Source: Octopus sinensis (Eukaryota). Taken from it: a stretch of DNA of 64,000 nucleotides. The translations under genes and the position numbers were made by a program. Under the pieces are notes generated by a model. It saw only the letters and a list, made by a program, of their open reading frames with translations. It searched no databases and had not been told where the DNA came from. Shown piece after piece: positions 1-12,311 of this stretch. Within the stretch, counting starts at the first letter, position 1; each line of letters starts with the position of its first letter. The stretch is from NCBI RefSeq assembly GCF_006345805.1, contig NC_043013.1, positions 10,044,001 to 10,108,000 on the forward strand, given 5' to 3'.

Positions 1-105
1 ATACTTGAGAGTCTCTATGAATATTGTAATACAAAAATATTTATACATTATCATGCAAACTAAATCTCTATCATAACGTTGCCTTACTCATCTGCGGGTT
101 AGATT

Positions 106-307
106 ATGTATGTATGTATGTATGTATGTATGTATGTATGTATGTATGTATGTATGTATGTATGTATGTATGTATGTATGTATGTATGCATACATGTGTG
201 TGTATATGTACACAAATATACATATATATATATATAATATAAAATCATTCATATATATGTATGTATATATATAATATGTTATATATATATATATATATAA
301 TATATAT

Positions 308-349
<42 letters not shown>

Positions 350-409
350 TGACAGAGAGTGTGCGTGAGATACATACAAATTCGAATATAGGTATATATA
401 TATATACAG

Positions 410-472
<63 letters not shown>
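106..472. repeat. compound microsatellite (TATG)n/(TA)n/(GA)n/(CA)n
   Basis: Directly visible simple repeats; source of the spurious ORFs at 88-536. Confidence 0.95.
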
Positions 473-475
<3 letters not shown>

Positions 476-685
476 CATTGGTTGGTGCGTTTGACTTACA
501 ACACACAATGTCTTGAAATACACAACGCCCCTTCAAAGTTGAGTAGGTTTGTTATACATGTATTCTTTTCTAACGTAGCCTTATTCACCAAAGTTAATTA
601 TTAGATGTAATCAATGTGAAGGTTATATATATATATTAAAAAAGGAAAATACGCACACTAACATAGTTTTAATATAATTTTTACT

Positions 686-720
686 ATATCGACCGGTTTC
701 GCAATCGCTATTCATGATAT
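686..720 (-). ncRNA. decayed minimal type I hammerhead-like motif
   Basis: Minus strand atatc-ATGAATA-gc gatt gc-GAAAC-cg-GTC-gatat: 5-bp stem I, palindromic ACCGGT stem III, GUC site; CUGANGA box has 2 mismatches. Confidence 0.3.
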
Positions 721-1110
721 TATGTTTTACTTATTTGAATATATATTTTTTCTTAAGAAGAAATTTGGTCCATGTTGTGTGTGATGAAATTCCCGAGTGA
801 ATGACTTCACAAGTAGACAAATATATATATAATTGAATAAGTTGGAGTCAATAAGAAAGATTATAGAACATTTTTTGTAATCATTACAATTGTTTTCCCG
901 CAGAGTAGTTCTCCAGGTTCGCTGGTATTTGGTAATGTAACTGTTTCCCTGCATTATGAGATCTAGTAGTGTTTTCTCAGCTGATATTGTTTCTGTAAAC
1001 TCAAGTTTTCGGCTTCAAGCGAATCCTTTCTGTCTATCGTGGCTAGCGAGGTAGCAGTAAGCACCCGGTTTATCAAAAAGTGTATTGTGGTAGAAAGTTT
1101 GTTGATAAAC

Positions 1111-1203
1111 TGCTTTCAATATATCAAAGTGAGAGGGTGGCTATGCTATGGTTGGCGAGTATGGAGGTTCAAATTAAAGGGAGTGCCATCCTATTTCTTT
1201 GAG
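1111..1203 (-). pseudogene. highly decayed mariner transposase fragment
   Basis: Minus translation LKEIGWHSL*FEPPYSPTIA*PPSHFDIL resembles the mariner motif LxELGWEVLPHPPYSPDLAPSDYHLF. Confidence 0.35.
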
Positions 1204-1559
1204 CTATTAATTTATACTTCATGGTCTGCCCTTCAAGAATTCACCGGTCATTTAAGTACATACACATCGTTCTGTATAGATCTACATATATACATACCCA
1301 TATATACACATACATGTTCTTACTAACATATATATCTCGTCTTTTTAAACACTAAGGTATGATTTTAGAGTGTTTTGGTTGGTATTTTCAAAAGGTCAAG
1401 CAGACAAAACTCACTGAAATTACTGCTCTGAAATTCAGCAAGGTATACAGGTATGGTACACAGAATCTTTCTGAATTGTTGGAGGTTATAGAGGAATGTA
1501 CACTTGGTATAAAAAGCCAGAAACTCTGAGGGTATGAGGAAGTCCATTACATTAATTCC

Positions 1560-1692
1560 CAGTAGTTGATTAGTATTTTATTTTAGAGACAAAGTTGACC
1601 AAGCAGAATTTGAACTCAGAACATAAAAATTCGAAAGAAATGCTACTAAGCATTTCGTTCGACTCGCTAACGAGTCTACTAGCTCGCTGCCT
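1560..1692 (-). mobile_element. SINE family B, diverged copy
   Basis: gaatttgaactcagaac and head sequence shared with copies at 4125, 18063, 20230. Confidence 0.55.
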
Positions 1693-1841
1693 GTAAAATG
1701 TCGAGCCATGTAGAGGTCCTAGAAGAGGCTCCGAATTATATCTCTCATATCCCTCATGCCAAGGAAAAGAAAGGACGTATCAGATTATTAATCTGAGTTA
1801 TGTTGTTCCTTAAAAAATGGCGGTGCAGTAATGATTTAAAT

Positions 1842-2095
1842 CAGTCGTTCCCAGCGAATTGTTTTCGTCTATGGACCCTTTTGATTCCTATTTTACTCGG
1901 GTGGACCCTCATAACCATTCGATGTTTAAAAAAAAATCATGTTATATTTTTATAATTAAATATTATTAGGAATTGTATAAAAATTCAAATATTTTGTGTA
2001 TTGTAGAAGCATAACTGATTTATTGTACATAATTTTAAACAACAAACCTGATCTGGACCACTAAGGGTCATATGGACCCCAGCTGAGAACCATTG
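1842..2095. mobile_element. hAT-type MITE
   Basis: Imperfect TIRs cagtcgttcccagc / gctgagaaccattg; 8-bp flanks atttaaat / gcttaaat (6/8). Confidence 0.65.
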
Positions 2096-3424
2096 GCTTA
2101 AATGCTTTTAAAAATATCTCTGGTCAATGAAAGCCTACTGGGCCTAGTGGTGATGGTGGTAAACAACAACATCAATAAGGAAAATTAAAATGACATCTAA
2201 AGAGCCCAGCCAACAAAGGAGCCGCAACACGATTATTCTAGCTGGTAGAAATAGTAATAAAATTTCCCTCAAATTCCACTTCATTAGCGACAAAAAGCGG
2301 GGAAGCATAATGGACACTGCTTATAAGGGGCATCATGTGTTTAGGGGCAAAAAACAAAAAAACAAGAACAAAACGAAAATGACTGAATGGTCAATGCCAA
2401 AACGCCATTAATCATAAACTTTTTCCATTATGGATGACCTGATATCAAACAACAACAACATCAATAAGAATAGTAATTGTAGCAGTCTTTAAAGCGCCTT
2501 ATTTCATTGTTTCTCCTACGATGATTTCAATTTTAAGAAAGTCAATTTTTAAGTGAGGGAAACAGAAATAAGAACTTTGATTAATTTTTTCCATGTGTCA
2601 AATCTGTGTTTTGAATTAGTTATGAAAAGGAAAAAAAATCTCATGACGTATAAAATTTACGACTTTTCTCCGCTGAAAGACTGTAGTAAAATGATAATAT
2701 TGACTTAGTCTAATCCGTACAATATAAGTGGCTAATCTTCTCAGGCGTCTACTCAAGAGTTGAACATTCAAAGACACATAACATACACGAAGCACTACTT
2801 AGAAATACCATAAAATTTAATAAGTTTTAATGTTTTTGCCATTCGGTTCCGTTGACATTTTGTCTTCTAGAAAATTATTAATATTATTGTAATTACTATC
2901 ATCATCAACATCATCAACAACATCATCATCATCCTCATCATCATTATCATCATCGTCTTCGTCGTCGTCTTTATCATCACCATCGTCATCATCATCATCA
3001 TAATCGTCGTCGACGGTGTTGTTGGTTTGCTTTGGCGAGACGTTCTTTTACGAGCTCCAAAGATTCCGGATTATTGCTAAATTTTTTACTGAATGTGAAT
3101 GAAAGTTGCTTCGTTTCGGATTATTTCACAAGGGAACCCTATTTGGAAGGTCTACAAACGCTTTCCTCATACAGTGGAAATGCTTTAATGTCTAAATTTT
3201 TTTCTTGTTTTACATATTTCTGTTTGTATCAGTTTGGCATATACGCAAAGAGATGCTAACGACAACAGCAACATATGTGACCACCCCTACGAAAGTACAA
3301 ACCAGCAGGACACGTTTGGCTAACAGAAAAATGAAAATGAAGAATATGAAATACACAATTTAATAAACGAAAAGTAAATTAGTAGATAAAAAAACACGAT
3401 GACTATCATTGATCTTTCCTTTTA

Positions 3425-3580
3425 TCTGTTATTTGTTTCAATCATTGGATTGGGGCCATCCTCGGGGCCATCCTGAGGGCCATCCTCGGGGCTATACTGG
3501 GGGCCATCCTGGGGGGTCATCTACGGGCACCACCTCGAAGGGTTTAGTCGAAACAAAATCGACCAAGTATTTATTTTTGC
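3425..3580 (-). mobile_element. SINE family A 3' fragment with internal 12-bp minisatellite
   Basis: tgtttca-tcatt...gggcaccacc...tttagtcga matches the family A tail; about 6 copies of ggggccatcctS at 3452-3524. Confidence 0.6.
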
Positions 3581-4124
3581 ACCTGTGATTCAAAGGGATA
3601 GTCTTGTTACATTTAGTCACATTGGGTGTCTCCGAAAAGTACGCGTGTCTGTGGAATGCTGAGCCAACTGCGCGTTAATTTTAAAGCAGGCTGTTCCATT
3701 GCTCAGTTCAACAGAAACCCTCGTCGTCGTGCCAGTTTTTTTTCTAGTATGTCTTGTTATTTTGACCAATGAAAATACATCGATGAAAGAATAGGGAGTA
3801 AACAATTACATTGACCTCTTAACTGTTGCCACTTTTATTTCATTGTAAGGGCAAAGGGATGAACAATGTAGCGGTCATGGGAACAGATATGTTGTTAGGG
3901 TGGATTTAATAGATAGCATTTAATTAAAAAATTCTACTTTGCCCTCATTTATGTTAGGCCAATCAAAAACGTAAAAAGTATCTGCGATAGTAAAATATTT
4001 AGCCCTTTTTCTATCGGAGTCAGGGTTAGCAAACTACGTAGATTGCAGTGCAAATAGCTTTGCGTTAATATCTAGCTACATTTGTACGATTTCAAATTTA
4101 GTGAGGGTTAGCTTAACTTTTAAC

Positions 4125-4322
4125 CTATTTCTATTTCTTTACAACCCACAAGGGGCTAAACACAGAGGAGACGAACAAGGACAGCAGACGGATTAAGTCG
4201 ATTATGTCGACACAAGTGCGTAATTGGTACTTATTTAATCGATCCGAAAAGGATGAAAGGCAAAGTCGACCTCGGCGGAATTAGAACTCAGAACGTAGCG
4301 GCAGACGAAATACGGCTACGCA
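4125..4322 (-). mobile_element. SINE family B
   Basis: Near-identical to 18250-18400 and 20260-20445 (gaaaggcaaagtcgacctcggcggaatt..gaactcagaacgtagcggcagacgaaatac). Confidence 0.8.
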
Positions 4323-4540
4323 CACACAATATTTTGAGTACTAAAGCAGCACGCACTCCCTCATCATGAGTACAAGTTTATCCATACACGTACAAATACA
4401 TATACGCACACACTAACCACATCACATATCCACAAAACCCAGAAAGTGTCTCGTCTTAAACGAAAGAACCTTGTCGACATGAATTCTGCTGAAAAAGATG
4501 ACTTAACTAACCCCCACAAATTTATACATACATACATACG

Positions 4541-4575
<35 letters not shown>

Positions 4576-4753
4576 ATATATATATATATATAATATATAT
4601 ATATATATTATATCATATATATATATATATATGTTTGTACTGTCGTTACCGTCTTGCTTTTTTTTACCCCTCTGCGAAAAGATCTCAGAATTTTAATTGA
4701 TTTGCTTTTCGCGGGCGGAAGGAATTTTTCTTGGAAGTATACGTCTCGCTTTT

Positions 4754-4803
4754 ATCCTTCGAAACGTTTAGTAGATGAAATCTTAGCGACTGAAGAAGGG
4801 GAT
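4754..4803 (+). ncRNA. permuted (type II-like) hammerhead candidate, copy 1
   Basis: atccttc-GAAAC-GTT-tagt agat gaa atct ta gcga-CTGAAGA-aggggat; GAAAC 4761-4765, CTGAAGA 4790-4796. Confidence 0.5.
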
Positions 4804-5621
4804 TTTTCGTTGTGCTTATTGTCCTGTATCTCTCCCTCTTTTTTGCTTGTCTTGTTCCTTGGTTTGTGTCTATGTGTTTCGTCTCTCTATGTGTTCGACG
4901 TCCTTTTGGTGTCCTGTACACATATATGCGTGTATATGTACATGTAGAGGTAGGTACGTACATATATGTTTATATATGCATATATTCTATTTTATTAACA
5001 TATTATACGATTAAACGCACGCACCCTACTAAGTAAGATTGTCTGTTTATCAAGTTAGCCTTGATATTAACTCTCACGCGACTCTGCATCTTTTTCTTTC
5101 TTTCTCTCCCATCTCCATTCCCTTTTTCGTCTTTTTTTCCCTCACTTAACTTGTCTCTCCTCTCTCTCTCATTCTTCATTCTCTCCTCTCCCTTTCACCA
5201 TTCTTCATGGTCTCCTCGCACCATCCCCCTTCTTCTCTCTCTTCCTCTTGCTCCTCCTCCCCCATTCCCGTCATCCATCTGCGACGATACTTCCGTCGTA
5301 ACTGCTTCCTGTCCTTTCTCGCCCGCCTTGCAAGGCTTCTGGTTGACAAAATTTCCCTCTCTGTCTTCCACTATAATCCAGCGTTTACAATACTTTTTTC
5401 GTCTGACGTTAACAGCCCTTCTTATCTTGTTCTCCTTGTCTTGTCTCTCACTGTTATATATTTATTTTTCCACTGTTTATATATATATTTTTACTGGTTA
5501 TATGTTTGTACTGTCGTTACCGTCTTGCTTTTTTTTACCCCTCTGCGAAAAGATCTCAGAATTTTAATTGATTTGCTTTTCGCGGGAAGGAATTTTTCTT
5601 CGAAGTATACGTCTCGCTTTT

Positions 5622-5670
5622 ATCTTCGAAACGTTTAGTAGATGAAATCTTAGCGACTGAAGAAGGGGAT
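5622..5670 (+). ncRNA. permuted hammerhead candidate, copy 2
   Basis: Same motif, GAAAC 5628-5632, CTGAAGA 5657-5663; one C lost from the stem II strand. Confidence 0.45.
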
Positions 5671-6488
5671 TTTTCGTTGTGCTTATTGTCCTGTATCTCT
5701 CCTTTTTTTTGGCTTTGTCTTGTTCCTTGGTTTGTGTCTAGTGTTTCGTCTCTCTATGTGTTCGACGTCCTTTTGGTGTCCTGTACACATATATGCGTGT
5801 ATATGTACATGTAGAGGTAGGTACGTACATATATGTTTATATATATGCATATATTCTATTTTATTAACAGATTATACGATTAAACGCACGCACCCTACTA
5901 AGTAAGATTGTTCTGTTTATCAAGTTAGCCTTGATATTAACTCTCACGCGACTCTGCATCTTTCTTTCTTTCTCTCCCATTCCCTTTTTCGTCTTTTTTT
6001 TCCCTCACTTAACTTGTCTCTTCCTCTCTCTCTCATCTTCAGCTCTCTCTCCCTTTTAACCATTCTTCATGGTCTCCTCGCACCATCCCCCTTCTTCTCT
6101 CTCTTCCTCTTGCTCCTCCTCCCCCATTCCCGTCATCCATCTGCGACGATACTTCCGTCGTACTGCTTCCTGTCCTTTCTCGCCCGCCTTGCAAGGCTTC
6201 TGGTTGACAAAATTTCCCTCTCTGTCTTCCACTATAATCCAGCGTTTACAATACTTTTTTCGTCTGGCGTTAACAGCCCTTCTTATCTTGTTCTCCTTGT
6301 CTTGTCTCTCACTGTTATATATTTATTTTTCCACTGTTTATATATATATTTTTTACTGTTTATATGTTTGTACTGTCGTTATTACCGTCTTGCTTTTTTT
6401 TTTTACCCCTCTGCGAAAAGATCTCAGAATTTTAATTGATTTGCTTTTCGCGGGAGGAATTTTTCTTCGAAGTATACGTCTCGCTTTT

Positions 6489-6538
6489 ATCCTTCGAAAC
6501 GTTTAGTAGATGAAATCTTAGCGACTGAAGAAGGGGAT
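6489..6538 (+). ncRNA. permuted hammerhead candidate, copy 3
   Basis: Same motif, GAAAC 6496-6500, CTGAAGA 6525-6531. Confidence 0.5.
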
Positions 6539-6851
6539 TTTTCGTTGTGCTTATTGTCCTGTATCTCTCCTCGTTTTTTTGCTTGTCTTGTTCCTTGGTT
6601 TGTGTCTATGTGTTTCGTCTCTCTATTGTGTCGACGTCCTTGGTGTCCTGTACACATATATGCGTGTATATGTACATGTAGAGGTAGGTACGTACATATA
6701 TGTTTATATATATGCATATTCTTTTTATTAACATATATATATATATATATGTATGTATGTATGTATGTATATATATATGTATATATACAATCACATGTAC
6801 ATGGACACAAGTTCATACACAGGTGCAAACACACACGCACACACATGTATA

Positions 6852-6899
<48 letters not shown>

Positions 6900-7929
6900 A
6901 TGTATGTATATATATATATATCCACACAAATGTATATATGTGTATGTATATGTATGTCGAGGTCAACACAATCATTAAATCTATGAGTCTTAAGCCGCTG
7001 TTGATTAGCATACATATGCCACAATATACATAATACACGATATATTGTAATGAAATCCTCATATTTCTTGATTTAATATATTATTAATATTCTGTTGCTT
7101 TTCGTCATTATTTAATAAAATTTATTTTAAGGAGGTAATTAGAATTAAAATCTTATCCATAAAATACACTAGCGAAAAATATTTTAGCTCGTAACTTCAC
7201 ACTTTAAACATAATCTTTTTCAACATCTTTAATATTTTAATGGATCGTTAATTTTAGTTATAGTGTTTTTTTCGTATATTATAACTCTTTATGTTAAATT
7301 TTGTTATTTTTGTATTTTATTAAGCATTTACATTTAATTTTCGTTTGTTTATGGATATTTTACAATTGTGACCCTTTAAACCAGTCTGCTTCAATTATAG
7401 ATAATATAAGTTATTATACAAAAACACTGGAAGTTCTTGTGAAGAGAACAAAATAGAAAAGAATAATACGAATCGTCGGGGACGCGATAATACTCTGTTC
7501 TGGCTGATGTACTTTCTTGCTTCTGTGACGAAGACAATATACGTTGTCCCTGAAGTTAAGATGACAACGAGGATGAAGAATAAGAGCAAATAAAGCAAAG
7601 TATAACACACATAACTTATAACTAGGTGCACCGGTTCTATAAAATTTAGTGTGTCCACACTATAATGATTTTCTCTTAGCGCAAATATTAGGTGTCGTGA
7701 TTTTTTTACTGATATCGTTGAGATTACAAAAATGAGCTTTAATTACCCGACCGCAAGTCCGGAGTTCTGCGTCAGTTTCCGTTTTCCGTTTTCCCCAAAG
7801 TACGTAAAAATGATACAATTTTTTTCTTCAATCTGCGAAAGATCAGCTCTTATAATAAATTCTCTTGAGTCTCTTCTTCTCCTCTTCCTCGTGAGTTATA
7901 ATATATAAGATATTCAGAAAGAAAATGAC

Positions 7930-7931
7930 GA

Positions 7932-7981
<50 letters not shown>

Positions 7982-8015
7982 CGAAATAATAATAATAATG
8001 ATAATAATAATAATA

Positions 8016-8057
<42 letters not shown>

Positions 8058-8116
8058 TGATGATGATGATAATGATGATGGAGATGATGATGATAATAAT
8101 AATAATAATAATAATA

Positions 8117-8147
<31 letters not shown>

Positions 8148-8298
8148 GAAGAAGAAGTGAAAGAAAAAGAAGAAGAAAAAGAAAAAGAAGAAGAAGAAGA
8201 AGAAAAAGAAGAAGAAGAAGAAGAAGAAGAAGAAGAAGAAAAAGAAGACAAAGAAGAAGTGGAAGAATATTAAGAGAAAGAAAGAGAATTACAACAAC

Positions 8299-8329
<31 letters not shown>

Positions 8330-8330
8330 T
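7930..8330. repeat. compound microsatellite (GA)n/(AAT)n/(GAT)n/(GAA)n
   Basis: Directly visible. Confidence 0.95.
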
Positions 8331-8720
8331 GCAGTATCAATAAATAAACAAATAAGCCTATGTTATTGACCTCACTAGTCTAACGATGATATAAGGTCGT
8401 TATAGCTTGTAGACTCTGGCTGATCTTTAACCCCATGGAGCATTTCAGCTACGGTGTCGTTCTTTCTCCTTCGTAGCTAATAAATAAGCCAATGAAGAAA
8501 TCCCGTTGAAATTCAAGCGTCCGTTGTTAATTCCTTTATTGCACGCGAGTCAGAAGAGACTTGAATTTTATTGCGGCATTAGTGGCAGAAGCAGGAGCAG
8601 AAGCAGCAGCAGCATCGGTAGTAGGACACATCAGCAACAGCAACAGCAACGGCAGAAGCGATATATATTAGGCAGCAGCATCAACGAACCCACCAGAGCA
8701 GTAACAACATACTGGTGGCG

Positions 8721-8776
<56 letters not shown>

Positions 8777-8937
8777 TGTTGTTGTTGTTGTTGTTATTGC
8801 TGTTGACGTTGATGTAAAATGTGGTGGGGACAGCAGTAGAATCAAAGGCAGTCTCAGAAATATCAGCATTAGCAAGTCAATGACTTTCGTGATGGCGGCT
8901 GTGGAAATGATATTCTTATACTGCAAAAACATACATA

Positions 8938-9101
8938 GGCGTAAGGAGTGGCCGTGTGGTAAGTAGCTTGCTTACCAACCACATGGTTCCGGGTTCAGTC
9001 TCACTGCGTGACACCGTGGGCAAGTGTCTTCTACTATAGCCTAGAGCCGACCAAAGCCTTGTGAGTGGATTTGGTAGACGGAAACTGAAAGAAGCCCGTC
9101 G

Positions 9102-9132
<31 letters not shown>

Positions 9133-9344
9133 ATATGCATGTATGTATGTATGTATGTATGTATGCGTTTGTGTGTCTGTGTTTGTGCCCCCCCCAACAT
9201 CACTTGACAACCGATGCTAGTGTATTTACGTCCCCGTAACTTAGCGGTTCAGCATAAGTCAACGATAGAATAAGTACTAGGCTTACAAAGAATAAGTCCT
9301 GGGGTCGATTTGCTCGACTAAAGGCGGTGCTCCAGCATGGCCAC
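8938..9344 (+). mobile_element. tRNA-derived SINE family A, near full length
   Basis: Pol III A box tggccgtgtgg, B box ggttcagtctc, gggcaagtgt core, internal (TA)/(TATG) tract; many copies in window. Confidence 0.85.
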
Positions 9345-9347
9345 ATT

Positions 9348-9644
9348 CATGTTGGGGCACCGCCTTAAAAAGGATTTGCTTTAGTCGAAGAAATCGACAC
9401 TATGTCTTACTCTTTGTAAGCCTAGGACTTATCCTACAGGTCTCTTCTGCTGAACGGCTAAGATACGGGGACGTAAACACATTAGCATAGCTTTCTTGTT
9501 AAAAGATGGTATTAGGACAGACACAGACACAAAGACACACACACACATACATACAAATACAACACAAACAAACGCACACACATATATACGACAGGTTTCT
9601 TGTAGTTTCCGTCTGCCAAATCCACTCACAAGGCTTTGGTCAGC
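9348..9644 (-). mobile_element. SINE family A, inverted partial copy
   Basis: Reverse complement of about 9045-9340. Confidence 0.8.
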
Positions 9645-9654
9645 TTCTGGTCTG

Positions 9655-10539
9655 TCCACTCCAATTATAAAGAAGAGAGCAGATGAGGCCAATAAACTGT
9701 CCACACTCTGTCTACCCTGTGTGAAAGACCTCTCCGAAAAGGTACAAAAGATATGCGGCCCATATGACATCAGGACAGTATTCGAGAGTAATACAACGCT
9801 TCGCAAATATCTCCTTCGAATAAAAGCACCAATAGAAAAGAATATGACCAAAGACTGCGTGTACTCCATCCCATGCAGCTGCGATAGGTTATACAAAGAC
9901 GAAACATACCGCCCCCTCAAAATAAGGGTAGACGAACATCGCAAAGCTGTGATACGAGGAGATATTGATAAATCGGGTATAGCTGATCATGTATGGAAAA
10001 ATGGAGACCACCTCCCTCTATGGGATGAAGTTAAAATAATAGACAGAGAACACCACTGGAAAATACGAAAACTAAAAGAAGCAGCACAAATGCTAGGACA
10101 CAAGAAGCTCCTAAGCAGACCGAGTGCAGATATGAGCAGCATATGGGAATCGGTATTAAGGAAGGATTGAAAATTATTAGATTTATAAGCCCTAAAATTC
10201 ACTCCATACGGGCATATGGCGTAGTTTTTAAGAGCGCGGGCTACTAACCCCAAGATTCCGAGTTGGATTCCAAGCAGTGACCTGAACAACAACAACAACA
10301 ACAACAATAATAATAATAATAATAATAATAAAATAATAATAATAATAATAATAATAACAACAGCAATATCGAAAAATATTTTAGGAATGAGAACCCAGGT
10401 TCGAAATTTCTCCAAGAGACCTGAAGAAGGCTGGAGGGTATATCAGCCGAAACGTTGTGTTAACAACAAACAGGATGAGGACAAATGTCTGTCGAATGTA
10501 AATAATGTACATAATTCCTCATCTCTTAAGTATAGAACT
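9655..10539 (+). mobile_element. 5'-truncated Penelope/Poseidon-like element: GIY-YIG endonuclease (to 10170) plus 3' pLTR
   Basis: LPCVKDLSEKVQKI..CVYSIPCSCDRLYKDET.RPLKIRVDEH..SGIADHVW..RKLKEA matches the PLE GIY-YIG domain; hammerhead motif downstream. Confidence 0.88.
10416..10461 (+). ncRNA. minimal type I hammerhead ribozyme in PLE pLTR
   Basis: gagac-CTGAAGA-a-ggctg gagggtatat cagcc-GAAAC-GTT-gtgtt: 5-bp stem II, palindromic AACGTT stem III, stem I with one mismatch. Confidence 0.7.
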
Positions 10540-10697
10540 GTGATGAAGTTTATATCTCCTTTCGCATGAAAAACAATAGCGAAGCGTTAAACTATATGAT
10601 TTATGGATCAATAGAATCTATCATGAAATAAATATGTGTTCTCAGAGAGAAATTCGGCATATTTTGTCTTTACTGAGTATGTATGTATATAAATATA

Positions 10698-10729
<32 letters not shown>

Positions 10730-10739
<10 letters not shown>

Positions 10740-11123
10740 AAAGAGAGGTTGTGTGCTGTCTGTCTCATACGATTTAGATTCCTAACTACTCCCACATTTT
10801 GCGATGCAGTTTAACCAAAACCGGGTATCTTATAGTCGTGATTCATATCGAGCCCTTCTGGGTATTAGCGCGCGTCTACGATGAATCTACGATTTTAAAA
10901 ACAATTTACCATCAATTTTTTTCAATTTTAATGCATTTTTGGCATATATAAGGGAAGTAACTCTCTAAAAATTTATTATTAAATCTCAGAACGTAAAAAG
11001 CTACAGTAACACCCCCACTTTGTGGTTAGTCATATTGAGATGGCTATTATACTTTACATCTCTAAAAATGCTTATATAGTTATTTCCCTTACAAACCCGA
11101 GCAACGCTGGGCGATACTGCTAG
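10730..11123 (+). mobile_element. non-autonomous Helitron
   Basis: Ends in GC-rich hairpin cccgagcaacgctggg then CTAG followed by T; lies within (TA)n; 3' part shared with 54236-54620. Confidence 0.8.
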
Positions 11124-12311
11124 TATATATATATATATAAGTTGAGTATAAAAGATATTTGAGAAATAGTCTGAATATTTACAACAGAGCGAGATCCGTT
11201 GCGGCGAGAGTCATTGATACCCCTGTGAGGGATTGGAAAAATGGACTATTTAGACTCTTATAAAGCGTAGAGGTCGGGAGTAGACGAGAGAGAGCGTTTG
11301 ATAGTCTCACGATGTACGTCGTGGGAACACATTGATTAATCTCTGTTTCGTTAATTTATATATCCAACTTGTATGTCAGGATATATAAGCCTCCTTTGGT
11401 CAATGATGACCATGCATTTGTACGAGTATATGAAAACCTAGGAAAGTTGTTTTGAGGAAGACAAGGGCTAGCTGTTGTCCATGCACGCAACTCCGTCAAC
11501 GTCACCATTGTTTATCTAAGGGAAAGGTCATTGAGTTGGGTTATGCAGATTGTGGCCAATATTTACGCAGCACTTGTTGTTCGATACCGCAATACAACTG
11601 ACCTAATCCTTTTATGAAGCCCGCCAATCCACTAGTATGGATTGGTACATATTTTATCGGCTCCGAAAAATAAAGGGGAAAGGCAAACTTAACGTCTCAG
11701 CGATTTGAACCCAGCACTTTGAGAATTAGAACAAATGCAGCGTGCCATAAAAAAAAAGTTCTCAAAACGATTCTGCTAATTCCCCACTTTCGGTTTTTTA
11801 TAGGAACCAAAAGAACCGATGATGATTTTAAAGTGAGTTTTCAGTTTCAGTCAACCGCCCAATCTCCCTCATTATATTCCACAAAGTTTTCGTGAACCAA
11901 GTTTTACTCATAACATTTTAGTCGTCACTAGGTTGCAGTAAAACCACTTGCTCAATGTGGGATTGAACCCGAAACCAGGTAGTTTGGAAGCGAATTCTTT
12001 AACCGTGCACACATACTTTCCACTGTTACTTCATTAGAGTTATTTGCACGATAAAACAAAAAATCAAAAAAAAATCTGATTACTTCCGAAAAAGCTGATA
12101 CTCGCAAAGAATGAAATTTCTTGGCTAGAAGTCATACCTGCATTTTAGCAAAGTAAATTGATATGAGGAGATTGATATTGCTTCACTTAATTGCTCAACA
12201 GCATTTTCTTCGTTGCATAGCTTGAACTCATGTTAACGATTATGCCAGCTCGCCAATAAAAGCAGAGGTGGTCAACAACATGTACCACATGTGCTATATA
12301 GTTGAACAGTC

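Larger units (their letters stand above)
4632..6733 (+). mobile_element. non-coding tandem element, about 2.4 units of ~868 bp (A-B-A-B-A), Penelope pLTR/retrozyme-like
   Basis: Unit starts tgtttgtactgtcgtta at 4632, 5503 and 6365; units nearly identical; (TA)n on both flanks; hammerhead boxes in each A segment. Confidence 0.85.

Noticed and set aside
5061-6506. Hydrophobic 140-170 aa ORFs in the tandem array
   Set aside because: Arise from pyrimidine-rich sequence; frames are not preserved between the near-identical units
4632-6733. CRISPR array or LTR retrotransposon interpretation
   Set aside because: No short repeat/unique spacer pattern; the B segments are also repeated; no TG..CA ends, PBS or TSD seen
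7395-7658. 87-aa hydrophobic minus-strand ORF
   Set aside because: Non-ATG start, T-rich composition explains the hydrophobicity, no recognisable family
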